Of a stretch of DNA of 64,000 nt, positions 1 to 11,043 are shown one piece after another. Every line of letters begins with the position of its first letter. Positions within the stretch are counted from its first letter, which is position 1. The notes below the pieces were generated by a model, which worked only from the letters and a program-made list of their open reading frames with translations, was not told the DNA's origin and did not search any database. Made by a program: the position numbers and the translations under genes. Origin of the DNA: Microcoleaceae cyanobacterium (GTDB lineage: Bacteria > Cyanobacteriota > Cyanobacteriia > Cyanobacteriales > Microcoleaceae); the NCBI GenBank assembly GCA_051652765.1, contig JBOFUV010000148.1, positions 49,341-113,340 of the forward strand, in the 5' to 3' direction.

Positions 1-178
1 CGCCCTCCCATCCCCCAACTACCTCCTCAAAAAAACCGGGCTGCCAGCTTTTCTGGCTGCTTGGCAGCGTCTGGCTATATTTGTGATTAACAAACATTAC
101 AAAGTCCAGGATCTCTTGTAGCAAACCGTCTGGGGTCTTGTTAATTTCATTCATTAACTGTTCCTGCATAGATGCCAT
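1..178 (-). CDS. Small DUF2281/VapB-like putative antitoxin (runs off window)
   Basis: Manual translation from ATG at 178: MASMQEQLMNEINKTPDGLLQEILDFVMFV...WQPGFFEEVVGGWEG; resembles small cyanobacterial antitoxins; not in ORF track. Confidence 0.5.
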   Translation of the reverse strand, partial: MASMQEQLMNEINKTPDGLLQEILDFVMFVNHKYSQTLPSSQKSWQPGFFEEVVGGWEG

Positions 179-1375
179 ATCAGATAAACTTCCATTTAGA
201 ATTAAACTGCCGTCGATCGCTTAATCATTAAACCGATAGATACACCCTGCTGAATATCAAATACATTTTCATCCTTTGAACCATTGCTCGCAGTTTCTTT
301 TTTCTTAGAATTACCATGCAAATCCAAAACCCGAATCCAATCAAATGTCTTCGCTAAACTCTGGCGCATTCCCCGAAAAGTTGGATTGTCTAAATAGCCA
401 TGATTCGTCACAAAGGCCAGAATTCCTACGCCCGTCCTATCAATCCGCCACTGTGAAAAGCGAATAAATTTGACGTAATCATCCTGCAACCATTTAGGGT
501 TCTTCTCACCCAGCGGTAGACCATCAACCATATAGTAATCTTTTACTAAACCACTAACCCAAGCGCTTTTATTCTCTGAGTGTCCTGAATAAGGAGGATT
601 TCCGACGATCACCATAACTGGCACATCGAGCTTTACACCTACGGCTTCATTGGCTTCATCCGCAATAAACTCCTGAAATAGCGTTTCCGAGCGCCGCTGA
701 GCATCATCTAGCGTATTGGTTAGATAGACTCCTAGTCGTTTTCCACTATCAAACTGATATCCTGTTTCTTCTAAAAACAATCCTAACTTAAGATGCGCGA
801 TCGCATAGGGAGCCATCAGCAACTCAAACCCAAAAATACGAGGCAACAATCGTTCTTTCACATACCCCGACCACGATTTGTCATCTAAACCCACCGTTAG
901 CAGATCTGGGTTCTCCTGAAACTTTCGATGAATCTCTTGAAAAATCCACAGCAAAAACGTTCCCGTTCCGCAGGCTGGGTCAAGGATCATCACTTCTGGG
1001 TCAGCCAACCCCAACGGTTTATCAAACTTCTCCTTCAGCAGAATATCGACAGACCGCACCATGTAAGACACCACTGGTTCCGGCGTGTAGTAAACCCCTC
1101 GTCGCTCCCGCATTTTGGGCTTATAGGCTGCCAAAAAGTCTTCATAGAACCGAATCACAATATCTTCGCGGTTCATCTTGGCGCGAAAGTCAGCCAAAAT
1201 CGCATCCATCTTGGCAGCCCTAAGAATGCTAAAAACCTCAGCGATCGCGTCTGCCAGATCTTCACCCAACTCAGCGATCGGCTGCTGCGACACATCTCGG
1301 AATAGCCGTCTCAGAAAAGGGTTCGTCTCCGGCAATCGTTCCCAGGCATTCTGGCGGTTAAAATCTGTCTCCCGA

Positions 1376-1415
1376 CTCCCCTCTCTCCTCTTAGGAGAGG
1401 GGTTGGGGGTGAGGG
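1376..1415. repeat. GC-rich hairpin short dispersed repeat within RM coding frame
   Basis: ctcccctctctcctcttaggagaggggttgggggtgaggg; encodes TLTPNPSPKRREGS; related copies at 1879, 62074, 63825. Confidence 0.7.
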
Positions 1416-1878
1416 TCTGCCGCTTTCGCTCATCCACGGTATAACTAAAGACCCTGGCCGTAAACAGCCCATAAGAAATTGTCTGAGCGTAGATGTCAGC
1501 AAAGCTGTAATCCTTATCGTTATCCGGTTTCAGCTTTAGCGTCGGCAGCAGTTCGCGCTGAAAGCTGGTCAACAAGGTGTGCAGATATCCATCCGATCGC
1601 TCTGCGTTATAAACAGTCGGAATCGCCTGCTCAATTGCGAGACACTTCCGCCAGTTTTTCAGCCAGTTCCTTAGCGGTTTCGATCGGCTTGTAAAACGCC
1701 CACTCAACCAGAGGAATCACCGATAACGCTTTGTTCTGCATCCGATCGGTTCGAGCCAGTTCAGATTGTCGCAACCGATTTAGCCGCGCCTGCAAATCTT
1801 GCTCCGTCCAGGCAAACGATTGAATCTGCCGTTGCCGCAATTTGCCCTCAGACGGCAGCACCATCGCAATCCTGCCCT

Positions 1879-1915
1879 CCTCACCCCCAACTCCTCTCCC
1901 AGGTTGGGAGAGGGA
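1879..1915. repeat. GC-rich hairpin short dispersed repeat within RM coding frame
   Basis: cctcacccccaactcctctcccaggttgggagaggga; encodes SLSQPGRGVGGE. Confidence 0.7.
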
Positions 1916-2389
1916 AGATTCAGGCAGCAGCAGGTACATTACGGGCTGATTTGGCACAATTCGACTGGTGTAATGCCCATAGATTTCCTTCTGCTGCTCG
2001 TCAGCCGTGAAAAATTGGAGAATTTCATCTTTGCTCAGGTGATGGAGTTCAGTATAGAAACCAACGGCGATCGGGCAGGTGTCTGTTGCCTCATTTTCAT
2101 CCGCTCCAGGTCGCAGAAACCAAAACCGGGAACCTTCTGGGTCACGCTGCTCAACGGGATAGCCCAACAGTTGCCGTAGCGCCTCAACTTGGCTTTCTTG
2201 AGTCCCAGAAATAACAGATTGTAAATCTACAGCAGACATACAGGGCTGACCCACACAACGATCTCCCCATCAGAATAGCTTATGGCTTGATGCTCGACTC
2301 AAGTTTTTGATTCATGGCTGTGCCGCTGTTGTAGCGCCTCATGCTAGAGTAAAAATGCCTGCCTCGACTTTGAACTATAGCTAAGAACC

Positions 2390-3145
2390 GTGGCTAAATT
2401 TTCTTTGTCACCGATTGAATTGAGTCCACTCAGTGTGATTTCTGGCACTCTTGGGCCGGACAGCTTGTCAGGAACTCCAGAACCAGACACCATTGGTGGC
2501 GGGGCAGGGGATGATACGTTATTCGGACTCGAAGGAAATGACAATCTAAACGGCAATAATGACAGCGATCTAATCTTTGGAAATCCGGGTGACGATATTA
2601 TCAATGCCAGTGCCGGAAGAGACACTATCTATGGTGGAAAAGACAATGATCGCATCGATGCGGCAAGTGGACATCAGGCATTCGGGAACTTGGGCAATGA
2701 CTTCCTGATTGGCAGTGGCTCTGCTACACTCTTCGGCGGACAGGGAAATGATTCTGTATTTGGGGGAGATGGAAATCAATTTTTGTCTGGCGATCGCGGT
2801 CAGGACACCCTGCGAGGAGATGTAGGAGATGACACCTTTATTGTGGCTAAAACGGCTGATCCAGCAGAGATTCCCAATCGCACTGAAAATGCAGATATCA
2901 TTGCTGGATTTAACAACAACGAAGACAAATTTGCTCTTGTCGGAACAACTTTTGAACAGTTAATCATTACCGAAATTACGTCTTTAGAGGTTAATGTTAT
3001 CTTTGGTGCGGGACGTGCAGAAACTGCTTTCTCTCCAGGAACTGTCAAATTTCTCAAGATTGAATCGGGTGGAGAAATCTTAGCGGTAACAGGGATTGGA
3101 CAAGCTAATTTTAATCTCCAAGTTGATGACTTTGTTATTTTTTAA
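2390..3145 (+). CDS. RTX/hemolysin-type calcium-binding repeat protein
   Basis: Multiple GGxGxDxLx nonapeptides (GGAGDDTLFG, GGKDNDRI, GGQGNDSVFG). Confidence 0.85.
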   Translation: MAKFSLSPIELSPLSVISGTLGPDSLSGTPEPDTIGGGAGDDTLFGLEGNDNLNGNNDSDLIFGNPGDDIINASAGRDTIYGGKDNDRIDAASGHQAFGNLGNDFLIGSGSATLFGGQGNDSVFGGDGNQFLSGDRGQDTLRGDVGDDTFIVAKTADPAEIPNRTENADIIAGFNNNEDKFALVGTTFEQLIITEITSLEVNVIFGAGRAETAFSPGTVKFLKIESGGEILAVTGIGQANFNLQVDDFVIF

Positions 3146-3213
3146 TGGTAGTTTGAGACTGATCGGAAAACTATGGCAATCCTAAAAATTCGTGAATTGC
3201 TGTTATGAATGGC

Positions 3214-3373
3214 TGTGGAGTGAGTATCTTACTGACACAGGCTAGAAGCCCGCTCCACAAATCTCACACTTCACCCACGATTGTCATACCAAACCCAGTT
3301 TGATGAGAGGCAAAACCCAACTAGACCCCTCCCAACCTCCCCTTGGCAAGGGGAGGTGCCGCAGGCGGTGGGG
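3214..3373. repeat. Intergenic REP/SDR-like palindromes between convergent genes
   Basis: tgtggag...ctccaca (3214-3259) and acctcccctt-ggc-aaggggaggt hairpin (3335-3357). Confidence 0.5.
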
Positions 3374-3432
3374 TGCTTATTGCTCCTTGGAGATCGGGAT
3401 CTAACATCAGTTCAGTAACGCCTGAATCTTGA

Positions 3433-4128
3433 CTAGTTTAGCTTGAACTGCCGCTTGAGGCGACCTGCAAATAACACCAGAGTCGATAAACCTAAAACTG
3501 TTCCAGGTTCCGGAACGGCTTCGGGTTCTTTAGCGATCAAGTCATCGATTGGAACATTGTGCTGAGCGATCACAATTCGAGCATCCGGAGCCGAATTAGC
3601 CAGCAACTCTGAAACTTGCTTGAGGCTGTCTCCGCTGAAGAACTGCGGCAGATCCTGAACGGTGACATCCGCGATGAATTCTGCGTCATAGCCTTTCCCG
3701 GATTCGCCAAATACAGTGTTGCTCGTGAACTGAATCGCCTCTGCTGAGAAATCTTCAAACAAACCACCGACAACCTTAAGAGCGTCTGGGCTGGCTTCTG
3801 GAAAAACGTCCGTCAGGTTGATTGCCGTGTTGAATCCGGTGAAGATCTCGCTGACTCTGGCAATCTCGGGATCGAAGAATTCAACCCACCCAAGGGGTTC
3901 AAAGATGTTAGGGGGGCAGGACGTACATACAGGGCCGATAATATCCTCTAGATCTAGCACAGGGATCTCAAACGTGGTTCGGTCTTCGAGGATGAAGTCT
4001 GCAAAGGGTGTCTCAATTCTGGTTGGATACACCACCTCAATTTGCGCTTCGGCCTTTTTTGTATCAACGACTAGGGTGGAGAGGCCCACAACAGTTGAAA
4101 GAACGGCAATTGTAACTTGCTTCAACAT
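3433..4128 (-). CDS. PEP-CTERM sorting domain protein
   Basis: N-terminal signal peptide; C-terminal VPEPGTVLGL + hydrophobic stretch + RLKRQFK. Confidence 0.85.
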   Translation of the reverse strand: MLKQVTIAVLSTVVGLSTLVVDTKKAEAQIEVVYPTRIETPFADFILEDRTTFEIPVLDLEDIIGPVCTSCPPNIFEPLGWVEFFDPEIARVSEIFTGFNTAINLTDVFPEASPDALKVVGGLFEDFSAEAIQFTSNTVFGESGKGYDAEFIADVTVQDLPQFFSGDSLKQVSELLANSAPDARIVIAQHNVPIDDLIAKEPEAVPEPGTVLGLSTLVLFAGRLKRQFKLN

Positions 4129-4287
4129 GACTCTCAGACTCCAGGGCTAAAGTTTACAGTGGATTTGCGGTGATAGCTCTACTGTAAGAACCTTTGCTTC
4201 TGAGCAACAGTCCCTTCTTTGAGTGTCACTCATTTGGGGGACTGGACAGATTTTAATCATGAGAATCATCACTTTATGAAAATTGTA

Positions 4288-4319
4288 AATTCCCTTTAAA
4301 TCAAAATTTAAAGGGAATT
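4288..4319. terminator. Perfect inverted repeat downstream of msrA (terminator or operator)
   Basis: aattccctttaaat-caaa-atttaaagggaatt. Confidence 0.5.
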
Positions 4320-4345
4320 GAGGGCAAACTATTAGTTACTAATAA

Positions 4346-5002
4346 TTACGAAGCTACAGTCATAGCCGGTAACTGAACTTTTGTTCCGCCCAAACCACAG
4401 TAACCATTGGGATTCTTGGCCAAATATTGCTGGTGGTACTCTTCCGCATAATAGAACTCTGGCGCATCTAGAATTTCAGTCGTAATTTTGCCTTGCCCTG
4501 CCGCCGTTAACGCTTCCTGATAGGCATCCCTGGACGCTTCTGCGAGTTGGCGTTGTGCTGCAGAGTAAACGTAGATGCCAGAACGGTATTGAGTGCCTGT
4601 ATCATTGCCCTGGCGCATTCCTTGGGTCGGGTTGTGGCTCTCCCAGAACAGTTTGAGCAATTGTTGGCAGCTAACGACCTGTGGATCGTAAACGACAAGA
4701 ACGACTTCGTTATGTCCCGTCATTCCGGTGCAGACTTCCTGGTAACTCGGGTTTGGAGTTCCGCCCGCTGCGTAGCCTACTGCCGTACTGAAAACTCCCT
4801 CTGCCTGCCAAAACTTACGCTCTGCCCCCCAGAAGCAGCCCATGCCAAATATTATCGTTTCCATACCTTGCGGGAAAGGAGGCTTTAGCGGATTGCCATT
4901 GACGTAGTGCTTTTCAGGCACGGGCATCTGTGCAGTTCGTCCGGGTAAAGCCTCATTAGGCCCTGGTATTTCCAACTTTTTGCCGAATCCAAAGAGTCCC
5001 AT
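4346..5002 (-). CDS. msrA: Peptide-methionine (S)-S-oxide reductase
   Basis: GCFWG active site, [12 protein letters not shown]; likely ATG at 5002. Confidence 0.95.
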   Translation of the reverse strand: MGLFGFGKKLEIPGPNEALPGRTAQMPVPEKHYVNGNPLKPPFPQGMETIIFGMGCFWGAERKFWQAEGVFSTAVGYAAGGTPNPSYQEVCTGMTGHNEVVLVVYDPQVVSCQQLLKLFWESHNPTQGMRQGNDTGTQYRSGIYVYSAAQRQLAEASRDAYQEALTAAGQGKITTEILDAPEFYYAEEYHQQYLAKNPNGYCGLGGTKVQLPAMTVAS

Positions 5003-5090
5003 AGTGTTCAAGTAGAATTTCTAAATCGTAACTTAATATCACTTAACATTGTAGCGTTTAGATTGGTTATGATAATTTCTATGCAACCGC

Positions 5091-5642
5091 ATGACTGAAC
5101 TTCTAGATCAAAATTCCCCAGAGTTCGTAATGAGAGATGTATCTGCCTCAGTCTGTCCAGTTCCATTTGAACAACGCCCTGTCAACGAATATCTCGAGCT
5201 GAGGGAGTCCTGGTTATTCAACTGGGTAACCTTAGACTGGCCTCAATACCTGCGAAAGCTGAGTTGGGTCTGGGGATGGAGTTGGTTAATCTGTGGCCCT
5301 GTCGCGGCTGCGAGCTTTGCTCCCCAGAAATATTGGGTCAAGTTTCTACTGACAGGCGGAGCAGGTGCAAGCCTGATTTTGACCCTGTTTGTGGTGCGAC
5401 TTTACCTGGGCTGGGTCTACATCCAATCCCGCCTCAAAAGCCCGATGGTTTTTTATGAGGAATCAGGCTGGTATGATGGTCAAACCTGGGCAAAAACCCC
5501 GGAATTCTTAGCTCAAGACCAATTGATTCTGACTTATCAAGTTCAGCCCCTCCTAATGCGACTCCAGCAGACCTTTTGCGGGTTAAGTATGTTAGTTGTT
5601 GTTGGCGGGCTGGGTTGGCTTGGTGCTTACTTCACTAATTGA
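5091..5642 (+). CDS. CGLD27/Ycf36 (DUF1230) membrane protein
   Basis: CPVPFEQRPVNEY and YEESGWYDGQTW motifs. Confidence 0.85.
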   Translation: MTELLDQNSPEFVMRDVSASVCPVPFEQRPVNEYLELRESWLFNWVTLDWPQYLRKLSWVWGWSWLICGPVAAASFAPQKYWVKFLLTGGAGASLILTLFVVRLYLGWVYIQSRLKSPMVFYEESGWYDGQTWAKTPEFLAQDQLILTYQVQPLLMRLQQTFCGLSMLVVVGGLGWLGAYFTN

Positions 5643-5643
5643 A

Positions 5644-6597
5644 ATGACAAGGGCAAGGCGAACACAAACGGCAGAATTACAAGTTAGGCTTTTACGAGAA
5701 GGGATTTCAGAAGCAGTTCATCATGTTCAAGCAACGGTGTGCGACTGTCGCGGTCGAATTTTGTCTGTTGCGGGGAGTGCTGATACTGGAACATTTGTCC
5801 GTTCTGCTCTCAAGCCCTTCCAGGCTCTTGCGATGACCACGACTGGAACTTTAGAGCGCTATGACCTGACTGATCGAGATTTGGCCATCGTTTGCAGTTC
5901 TCATCAGGGCACTATTGAACAGGCTCGACAAGCGTTTAATATTCTCTGGCGATGTGACATTGAACCGGTTCAGCTCAAATGTCCAACCCCTCCAAAACAG
6001 CGTAGCCCTCTACAACATGGCTGTTCAGGAAAACATGCAGGCATGTTGGCCGTGTGTAAACAGCGACACTGGCCACTCGAAACCTATACTCAGCTCAAGC
6101 ATCCCGTCCAACAACTCATTCTCAGTAAAATTGCTGAGCTTTTAAAACTTCCAGCGGATGAATTTATCGGGGCCAGAGACGACTGTACTGCGCCAACTTA
6201 CTTTATGGAGTTGGGACAAATTGCGACCCTCTATGCTCAGCTTGCCTCCGGTGACAGCCTGGATATGGAACGGATTGTTCGTGCTATGACTCAGCATTCT
6301 GAAATGGTAGCGGGCGAAGGACATTTTGATACAGAATTGATGCGCTTGACCAGTGGAGAGCTGATCAGTAAATCGGGAGCGGAAGGCGTTCAGTGTGTTG
6401 GTCGGATCGGAGAAGGGATGGGTCTAGCAATTAAGGCGCTAGATGGTGCTAAGCGGGCTAAGTACGCAGTTGCTATCCACGTCTTGAAACAAATGGGTTG
6501 GATCACTCCTGCGATCGCTGAGACGTTGTCAGACCAATATTTGACCTTGAGTGATTTTAAACGCTTGGAGGTTACTGGAGAACTCTCAATGATTTAG
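5644..6597 (+). CDS. L-asparaginase II family protein
   Basis: RSALKPFQA, CSGKHAGML, SKSGAEG motifs; ATG at 5644. Confidence 0.85.
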   Translation: MTRARRTQTAELQVRLLREGISEAVHHVQATVCDCRGRILSVAGSADTGTFVRSALKPFQALAMTTTGTLERYDLTDRDLAIVCSSHQGTIEQARQAFNILWRCDIEPVQLKCPTPPKQRSPLQHGCSGKHAGMLAVCKQRHWPLETYTQLKHPVQQLILSKIAELLKLPADEFIGARDDCTAPTYFMELGQIATLYAQLASGDSLDMERIVRAMTQHSEMVAGEGHFDTELMRLTSGELISKSGAEGVQCVGRIGEGMGLAIKALDGAKRAKYAVAIHVLKQMGWITPAIAETLSDQYLTLSDFKRLEVTGELSMI

Positions 6598-6718
6598 GGG
6601 TTTGCTTGGGAGTTTGTCCAGGGTTCTTCACTGACAATTGCTGTCATGTTTTTTGCCCCATGGACAGCTTAAGCGTTCCGTGACTGTAAAGGCTTCAATT
6701 GTTATGAGCATTTATACT

Positions 6719-6832
6719 CGCTTACTTAAGTCAGTACTTACTTAAGTAAGCACTTAAGGTGAAACTGAATAAAAATCACTGAATAAAAATTATTGTTAAG
6801 ATTCAAATCTAGAATTCAAATCTAGAATTCAA
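6719..6832. repeat. Cluster of short tandem/palindromic intergenic duplications
   Basis: cttacttaag x2, actgaataaaaat x2, attcaaatctaga x2.5. Confidence 0.7.
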
Positions 6833-6938
6833 AAATTATAAGGCTTCTAAAATAAAGGGTGTTGCTGTTTGTGTTTCCACAAAAGACTAACAGAACTAAA
6901 CATCGACAGCACTACTGACGGGACAATTTGGATTCAGT

Positions 6939-8276
6939 TCAGCGAGACTGAACGACCATCTTCAACGAATTGGGAGGGGCAATTGTTAATCCTCGGCGCA
7001 CAGGCTTGAGGGACTGATGGTTGACTAAGGTTAAATTCCAATTGACCAGCAGGGTTGCTAAAACTAATTTCATCTCCATCATTGCCAACGCCGCTCCAAT
7101 ACACCGCCGATGCCCTCCCCCAAAGGGCAAGTATTCAGAAGGCGAAAATTGACGTTCTAGGAAGCGCTCTGGCCTGAACTGTTTTGGGTTCGGGTACAAA
7201 TCCTCGCGATGATGCACCAAATAGACCGAGGGAAATAGCACGGTTCCTGCCTCAAACCGATATTGCATCACCTGCAACGGCGCAGTCAACTGTCGGACTC
7301 CAGTCATCAACGCAATCGGATAAATCCGCAAGGTTTCCTGACACACGGCAGTCAAGTAGGGCAAGCGATTCACCACATCAGGATCAGGATTTTGTCCCAG
7401 GCTCTCCAACTCTTGTTGCAACCTTTCTCCAACCTCTGGCAGATCATGAATCCAGTAAATTGCCCAAGCTAGAGCTGAAGCCGTTGTCTCATGTCCCGCC
7501 ACCAACAAAGTCATCAATTCATCCCGCAACTCCTGCTCCGTCATGGGTTGACCCGCCTCATCCCGCGCTGCCAATAGCATAGAGAGGATATCGTGACCAG
7601 AACCATTGCCCTGATCCTGGCGATCGCGAATTTCAGCATAAATCAACTGATCCACCTGTTGCTTTTGGCGCATGAATCGACCCCAAGGACTCCAAGCACC
7701 CCAGTCTCGCCGCAACGTCCTAAAGAAAATTAATCCAGCGCCCCAGGGAGAACCCATTAAATCCAACAGAGAGCTCAACAACGTCTTGAGCTGGTCGTAG
7801 CGTTGACCTTGATCTAGTCCAAAGACCACCTTCAAAATCACACTCAAGGTAATGTCCTGCATCACAGACCGCACTGGAATTGGAATTCCAGGGGGAACCT
7901 GAGTCATTGCTTCCTGGGTAATTTGGCTAATCAGCTCACTACATGACCGCAGGCGATCGCCATGAAACGGCGGCATCAGCAATTTGCGCTGACGTTGGTG
8001 GCGATCGCCATCCAGTAATAGCACAGAAGTCTCTCCCAACAGGGTTTCCAGCACCCCACCGGCGACCTGACCTGTTTGAAATTGAGTGGCGGGGGCATTC
8101 AGTACAGCTTGAATGGCTTCAGGATGACAGAGGTAAATCGCGGGTTGGGCCGCGCTGCCGACGCAGAAGAAGTCCCCATAGCGTTGGTGGTAATCTTCCA
8201 GGTACTCTAACGGGCGAGTGACCAGCTTGACCATTCGCCAGAATCGAGGAGTTGTCGGGCCGTCTGGGAGTTGCAT
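6939..8276 (-). CDS. Cytochrome P450 (CYP110-like)
   Basis: AGHETT I-helix, ETLR, PERF, heme motif FGGGHRRCIG. Confidence 0.93.
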   Translation of the reverse strand: MQLPDGPTTPRFWRMVKLVTRPLEYLEDYHQRYGDFFCVGSAAQPAIYLCHPEAIQAVLNAPATQFQTGQVAGGVLETLLGETSVLLLDGDRHQRQRKLLMPPFHGDRLRSCSELISQITQEAMTQVPPGIPIPVRSVMQDITLSVILKVVFGLDQGQRYDQLKTLLSSLLDLMGSPWGAGLIFFRTLRRDWGAWSPWGRFMRQKQQVDQLIYAEIRDRQDQGNGSGHDILSMLLAARDEAGQPMTEQELRDELMTLLVAGHETTASALAWAIYWIHDLPEVGERLQQELESLGQNPDPDVVNRLPYLTAVCQETLRIYPIALMTGVRQLTAPLQVMQYRFEAGTVLFPSVYLVHHREDLYPNPKQFRPERFLERQFSPSEYLPFGGGHRRCIGAALAMMEMKLVLATLLVNWNLTLVNHQSLKPVRRGLTIAPPNSLKMVVQSR

Positions 8277-8464
8277 AGATGGGTTCCTGGGGTGAGTTTT
8301 CTAGTATTTTTTAAGGGTCTTTTGTGGTTTTCTATTTAACAACTTATGCCAAATTTCTGAGAGACTTCTGACAACTTAATCAGCCCAGTTTAATGGCTCT
8401 TCTCCATAATTTTCCCCCCGCTGCAACCCAGTCGCTTATTCCGGGTTTAACTCCTTAGCCCTGT

Positions 8465-9145
8465 CTAGTTGCTGTTGAAAGGCGGAATTTCGGGAGAGGA
8501 TAAGCCAGTTTGTAAGGTGGTAAGCACTTGAGACATCTCTCCTGCCAAGAGCGCTGTTGCGGCTAACCATAGCCCTGGAAATACCCGACTTTGAATCACG
8601 CTATCGTCTGTAGCCAGAGAAATGTACTCGCCGCCTTCCAGAAAAAACCAATCCAATCTGCGATCGCTCACCTGCCAAACAATATATTCTTTGACTCCAT
8701 TACGTCGATAAGCTCGTTTTTTGTCCCGCAGATCAATGGTGGCGGTGCTGGCAGAAATCTCGGCAACGAGTTCCGGCGCACCTGCAATATAACCATCAGA
8801 ACTGAGACAGGATTGCCCTCCCCATTGGCGATCAATCAACAACACAGCATCGGGCTGAGGTTCGTTGTCGAGGTCTAGCCGCACCGTAGGATTGTCGCCT
8901 AAACGAACCCCCGGAGTCGCAACTTTGTAAGTTCCTAACCAGATCATTAAGTCGGCATGGGGTTCGGCGTGGGGCTCAAATCTCAGGGGAGAGGCCATGT
9001 AGACAATTCCTTCAATCAGTTCGGCTTTTTTGAGATTAGGCATGGCTGTGTAGCGTCGTTCAAATTCTGGATAGGTGAGACAATCACCATTCTCCAAGGG
9101 CGGAGTGGAAGTACACATGTTCTCTGGGCGCTGAATTGTCACCAT
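8465..9145 (-). CDS. Uma2/DUF820 family putative endonuclease
   Basis: EPQPD...APELVAEI...DLRDKKRAYRRNGVKEY. Confidence 0.9.
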   Translation of the reverse strand: MVTIQRPENMCTSTPPLENGDCLTYPEFERRYTAMPNLKKAELIEGIVYMASPLRFEPHAEPHADLMIWLGTYKVATPGVRLGDNPTVRLDLDNEPQPDAVLLIDRQWGGQSCLSSDGYIAGAPELVAEISASTATIDLRDKKRAYRRNGVKEYIVWQVSDRRLDWFFLEGGEYISLATDDSVIQSRVFPGLWLAATALLAGEMSQVLTTLQTGLSSPEIPPFNSN

Positions 9146-9293
9146 CTTTGCCTCCGATAATTCCTGTAGCTCTCTGCCCGATTGACTGATTTAAGGAACG
9201 CCAAATACCCTTAATCTCCCAGCCAAAGTTAACCTTCTCTCATTTTAGGTTCTGATCAAGTTCCGAGTCAGAGTTAATGGGTTTAAATCTTTT

Positions 9294-10253
9294 TTATTTA
9301 TACTGAACTCGGGGATCGAGAATACCATACAAAATATCAGCCACTAAGTTAAAAATCACCACTAAAATTGCATAGATAAATGTGACTGCCATCACGACAG
9401 GAGTATCACTGCGATAGATGGAATCAATTAACAAAGCTCCAATTCCAGGAATCCGAAAGATTTGTTCGGTAACCAAGGCTCCCGTAAATAAACTGGGAAT
9501 ATCTAAGGCAATTAAGGTGACAACTGGAATCAAAGCATTGCGTAAAATGTGAGCGCTGATTACCCGAAAATTTGACAATCCTTTAGCATAGGCGGTGCGG
9601 ACATAATCTTGATTTAATTGCTCTAACATTGCCGATCGAATATGTCGCATTAGTACTGCTGTTTGAAATAACGCTAGAACAGTAACGGGCATAATCGATT
9701 GTCGGATCTGCTCAATCAAAGTTTGCCAATTGGTCACCTGCAACGTGCTGTTATAGATAAATGGAAACCAGTTGAGCTGAACACTAAAAATAATAATAAA
9801 TAATAATCCCGTAAAAAATGGCGGTAAAGAAAATCCTAAAAATGCAAACGTGGTTACAATTTGATCAAAACTCGAATAGCGTTTCAAGGCTGACAAGATT
9901 CCTAAAGGGAAGGCAATTAACAGCGCTAAACTATAAGCAGACCCAGCAATCCACAGGGTTGTCGGGAGTCGTTGCAGAATCAGTTCACTGACGGGACTGC
10001 GACTCGTGAACGAATACCCCATGTCTCCCTGCAAAAATGCCCAAAGCCATTTGACATATCGAACTGGAATGGGTTGATCTAAGCCCAGCGATCGCCGAAT
10101 ATTTTCTCGCACTTCCGCCGTAATTGAAGGATTAGTCGCAAACTCACTCATCGGATCGCCCGGTGCAAGAGCGAGAATTGCGAATACAACAATGCTAATC
10201 GCAACCAGAGTTGGAATCGTACTCAGCAAGCGATTGAACAGATATCGAGTCAC
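9294..10253 (-). CDS. Peptide/nickel ABC transporter permease (DppB/OppB-like)
   Basis: APGDP N-terminus, DYVRTAYAKGL EAA loop, multiple TM segments. Confidence 0.9.
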   Translation of the reverse strand: MTRYLFNRLLSTIPTLVAISIVVFAILALAPGDPMSEFATNPSITAEVRENIRRSLGLDQPIPVRYVKWLWAFLQGDMGYSFTSRSPVSELILQRLPTTLWIAGSAYSLALLIAFPLGILSALKRYSSFDQIVTTFAFLGFSLPPFFTGLLFIIIFSVQLNWFPFIYNSTLQVTNWQTLIEQIRQSIMPVTVLALFQTAVLMRHIRSAMLEQLNQDYVRTAYAKGLSNFRVISAHILRNALIPVVTLIALDIPSLFTGALVTEQIFRIPGIGALLIDSIYRSDTPVVMAVTFIYAILVVIFNLVADILYGILDPRVQYK

Positions 10254-10262
10254 CTTAAGGTA

Positions 10263-11027
10263 TTACTGAGGGTTGATTTCAGACCGAATCACGGTAACCC
10301 GCTGACCATCGACCACAAACGACCAAAATCCCTGGCGACTCAAGGTTTGTAGAATTGAATTGGCTTTTTCCAAATCACGGGTAGACTCGACTAACAGATA
10401 GGAGCGCTGGCCATAGGATGCCAACCCGATCTTTCTACCTACGATCCGCTCAACTTGAGCTGCCAGTTCAGGTTGATTCAGATAATCCACTAAGATGGCA
10501 TAGCTCACCGTAGTAGAGGTTGCCTCAGAAGTAGACATTGCCTCAGGAGTAGATGCTGCCTTAGACAGCTCTTCAGCCGAGTTACTCGGGGGCAAGTCAG
10601 CCACAGTGGAGTTAGCGGGATTGGGAGGACGGCGAGAAATTTCGGGGGCAGGAGCTTGGGTATTATTGTCCGGTTTCACGACATAAGCCCGCAAACCAAT
10701 ATTGGCTGTAATATAGCTTGCCCAGTCTTGAGCAATCAAGCGATCGCTAAATCCACCCACACGGGTGACGGTATCCTCTAGATAGCGACAGATGCCACTG
10801 TTAACATCCTGAGGTAAGCTACGACGGGTTAATTCTTGAGCGCTAGTCGTCTCACTCACCACTAACACCAGATATTCTCCTGCCCCAGGGGGAGTACAAG
10901 GGGTTTGGGCGAGGGTGGGCCGAGCTGATAGGTTCAAGCTCGCAGCCGTTAAAAGTCCTGTTAAAAGTCTGGCCCAGAGTCTGAAGCTGTTAACCACAGA
11001 ATTGAGTTGAAAATCGGGTTGAATCAT
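10263..11027 (-). CDS. Cyanobacterial hypothetical exported protein
   Basis: 254 aa ORF, signal-like N-terminus, co-oriented with neighbours. Confidence 0.65.
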   Translation of the reverse strand: MIQPDFQLNSVVNSFRLWARLLTGLLTAASLNLSARPTLAQTPCTPPGAGEYLVLVVSETTSAQELTRRSLPQDVNSGICRYLEDTVTRVGGFSDRLIAQDWASYITANIGLRAYVVKPDNNTQAPAPEISRRPPNPANSTVADLPPSNSAEELSKAASTPEAMSTSEATSTTVSYAILVDYLNQPELAAQVERIVGRKIGLASYGQRSYLLVESTRDLEKANSILQTLSRQGFWSFVVDGQRVTVIRSEINPQ

Positions 11028-11043
11028 TCAGAGTCTGCCAAAG

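Larger units (their letters stand above)
202..2239 (-). pseudogene. Type ISP-like/IIG N6-adenine RM enzyme, frameshifted near 1637 and apparently 3-prime truncated
   Basis: Overlapping ORFs 1631-2254 and 202-1707; motifs GVYYTP, ILDPACGTGTF, GNPPY, DENVFDIQQGV; stops just after the MTase core with no specificity domain. Confidence 0.75.

Noticed and set aside
6598..6938. tRNA or ncRNA after the asparaginase gene
   Set aside because: No cloverleaf or T-loop motif found; no tRNA or rRNA recognised anywhere in the window
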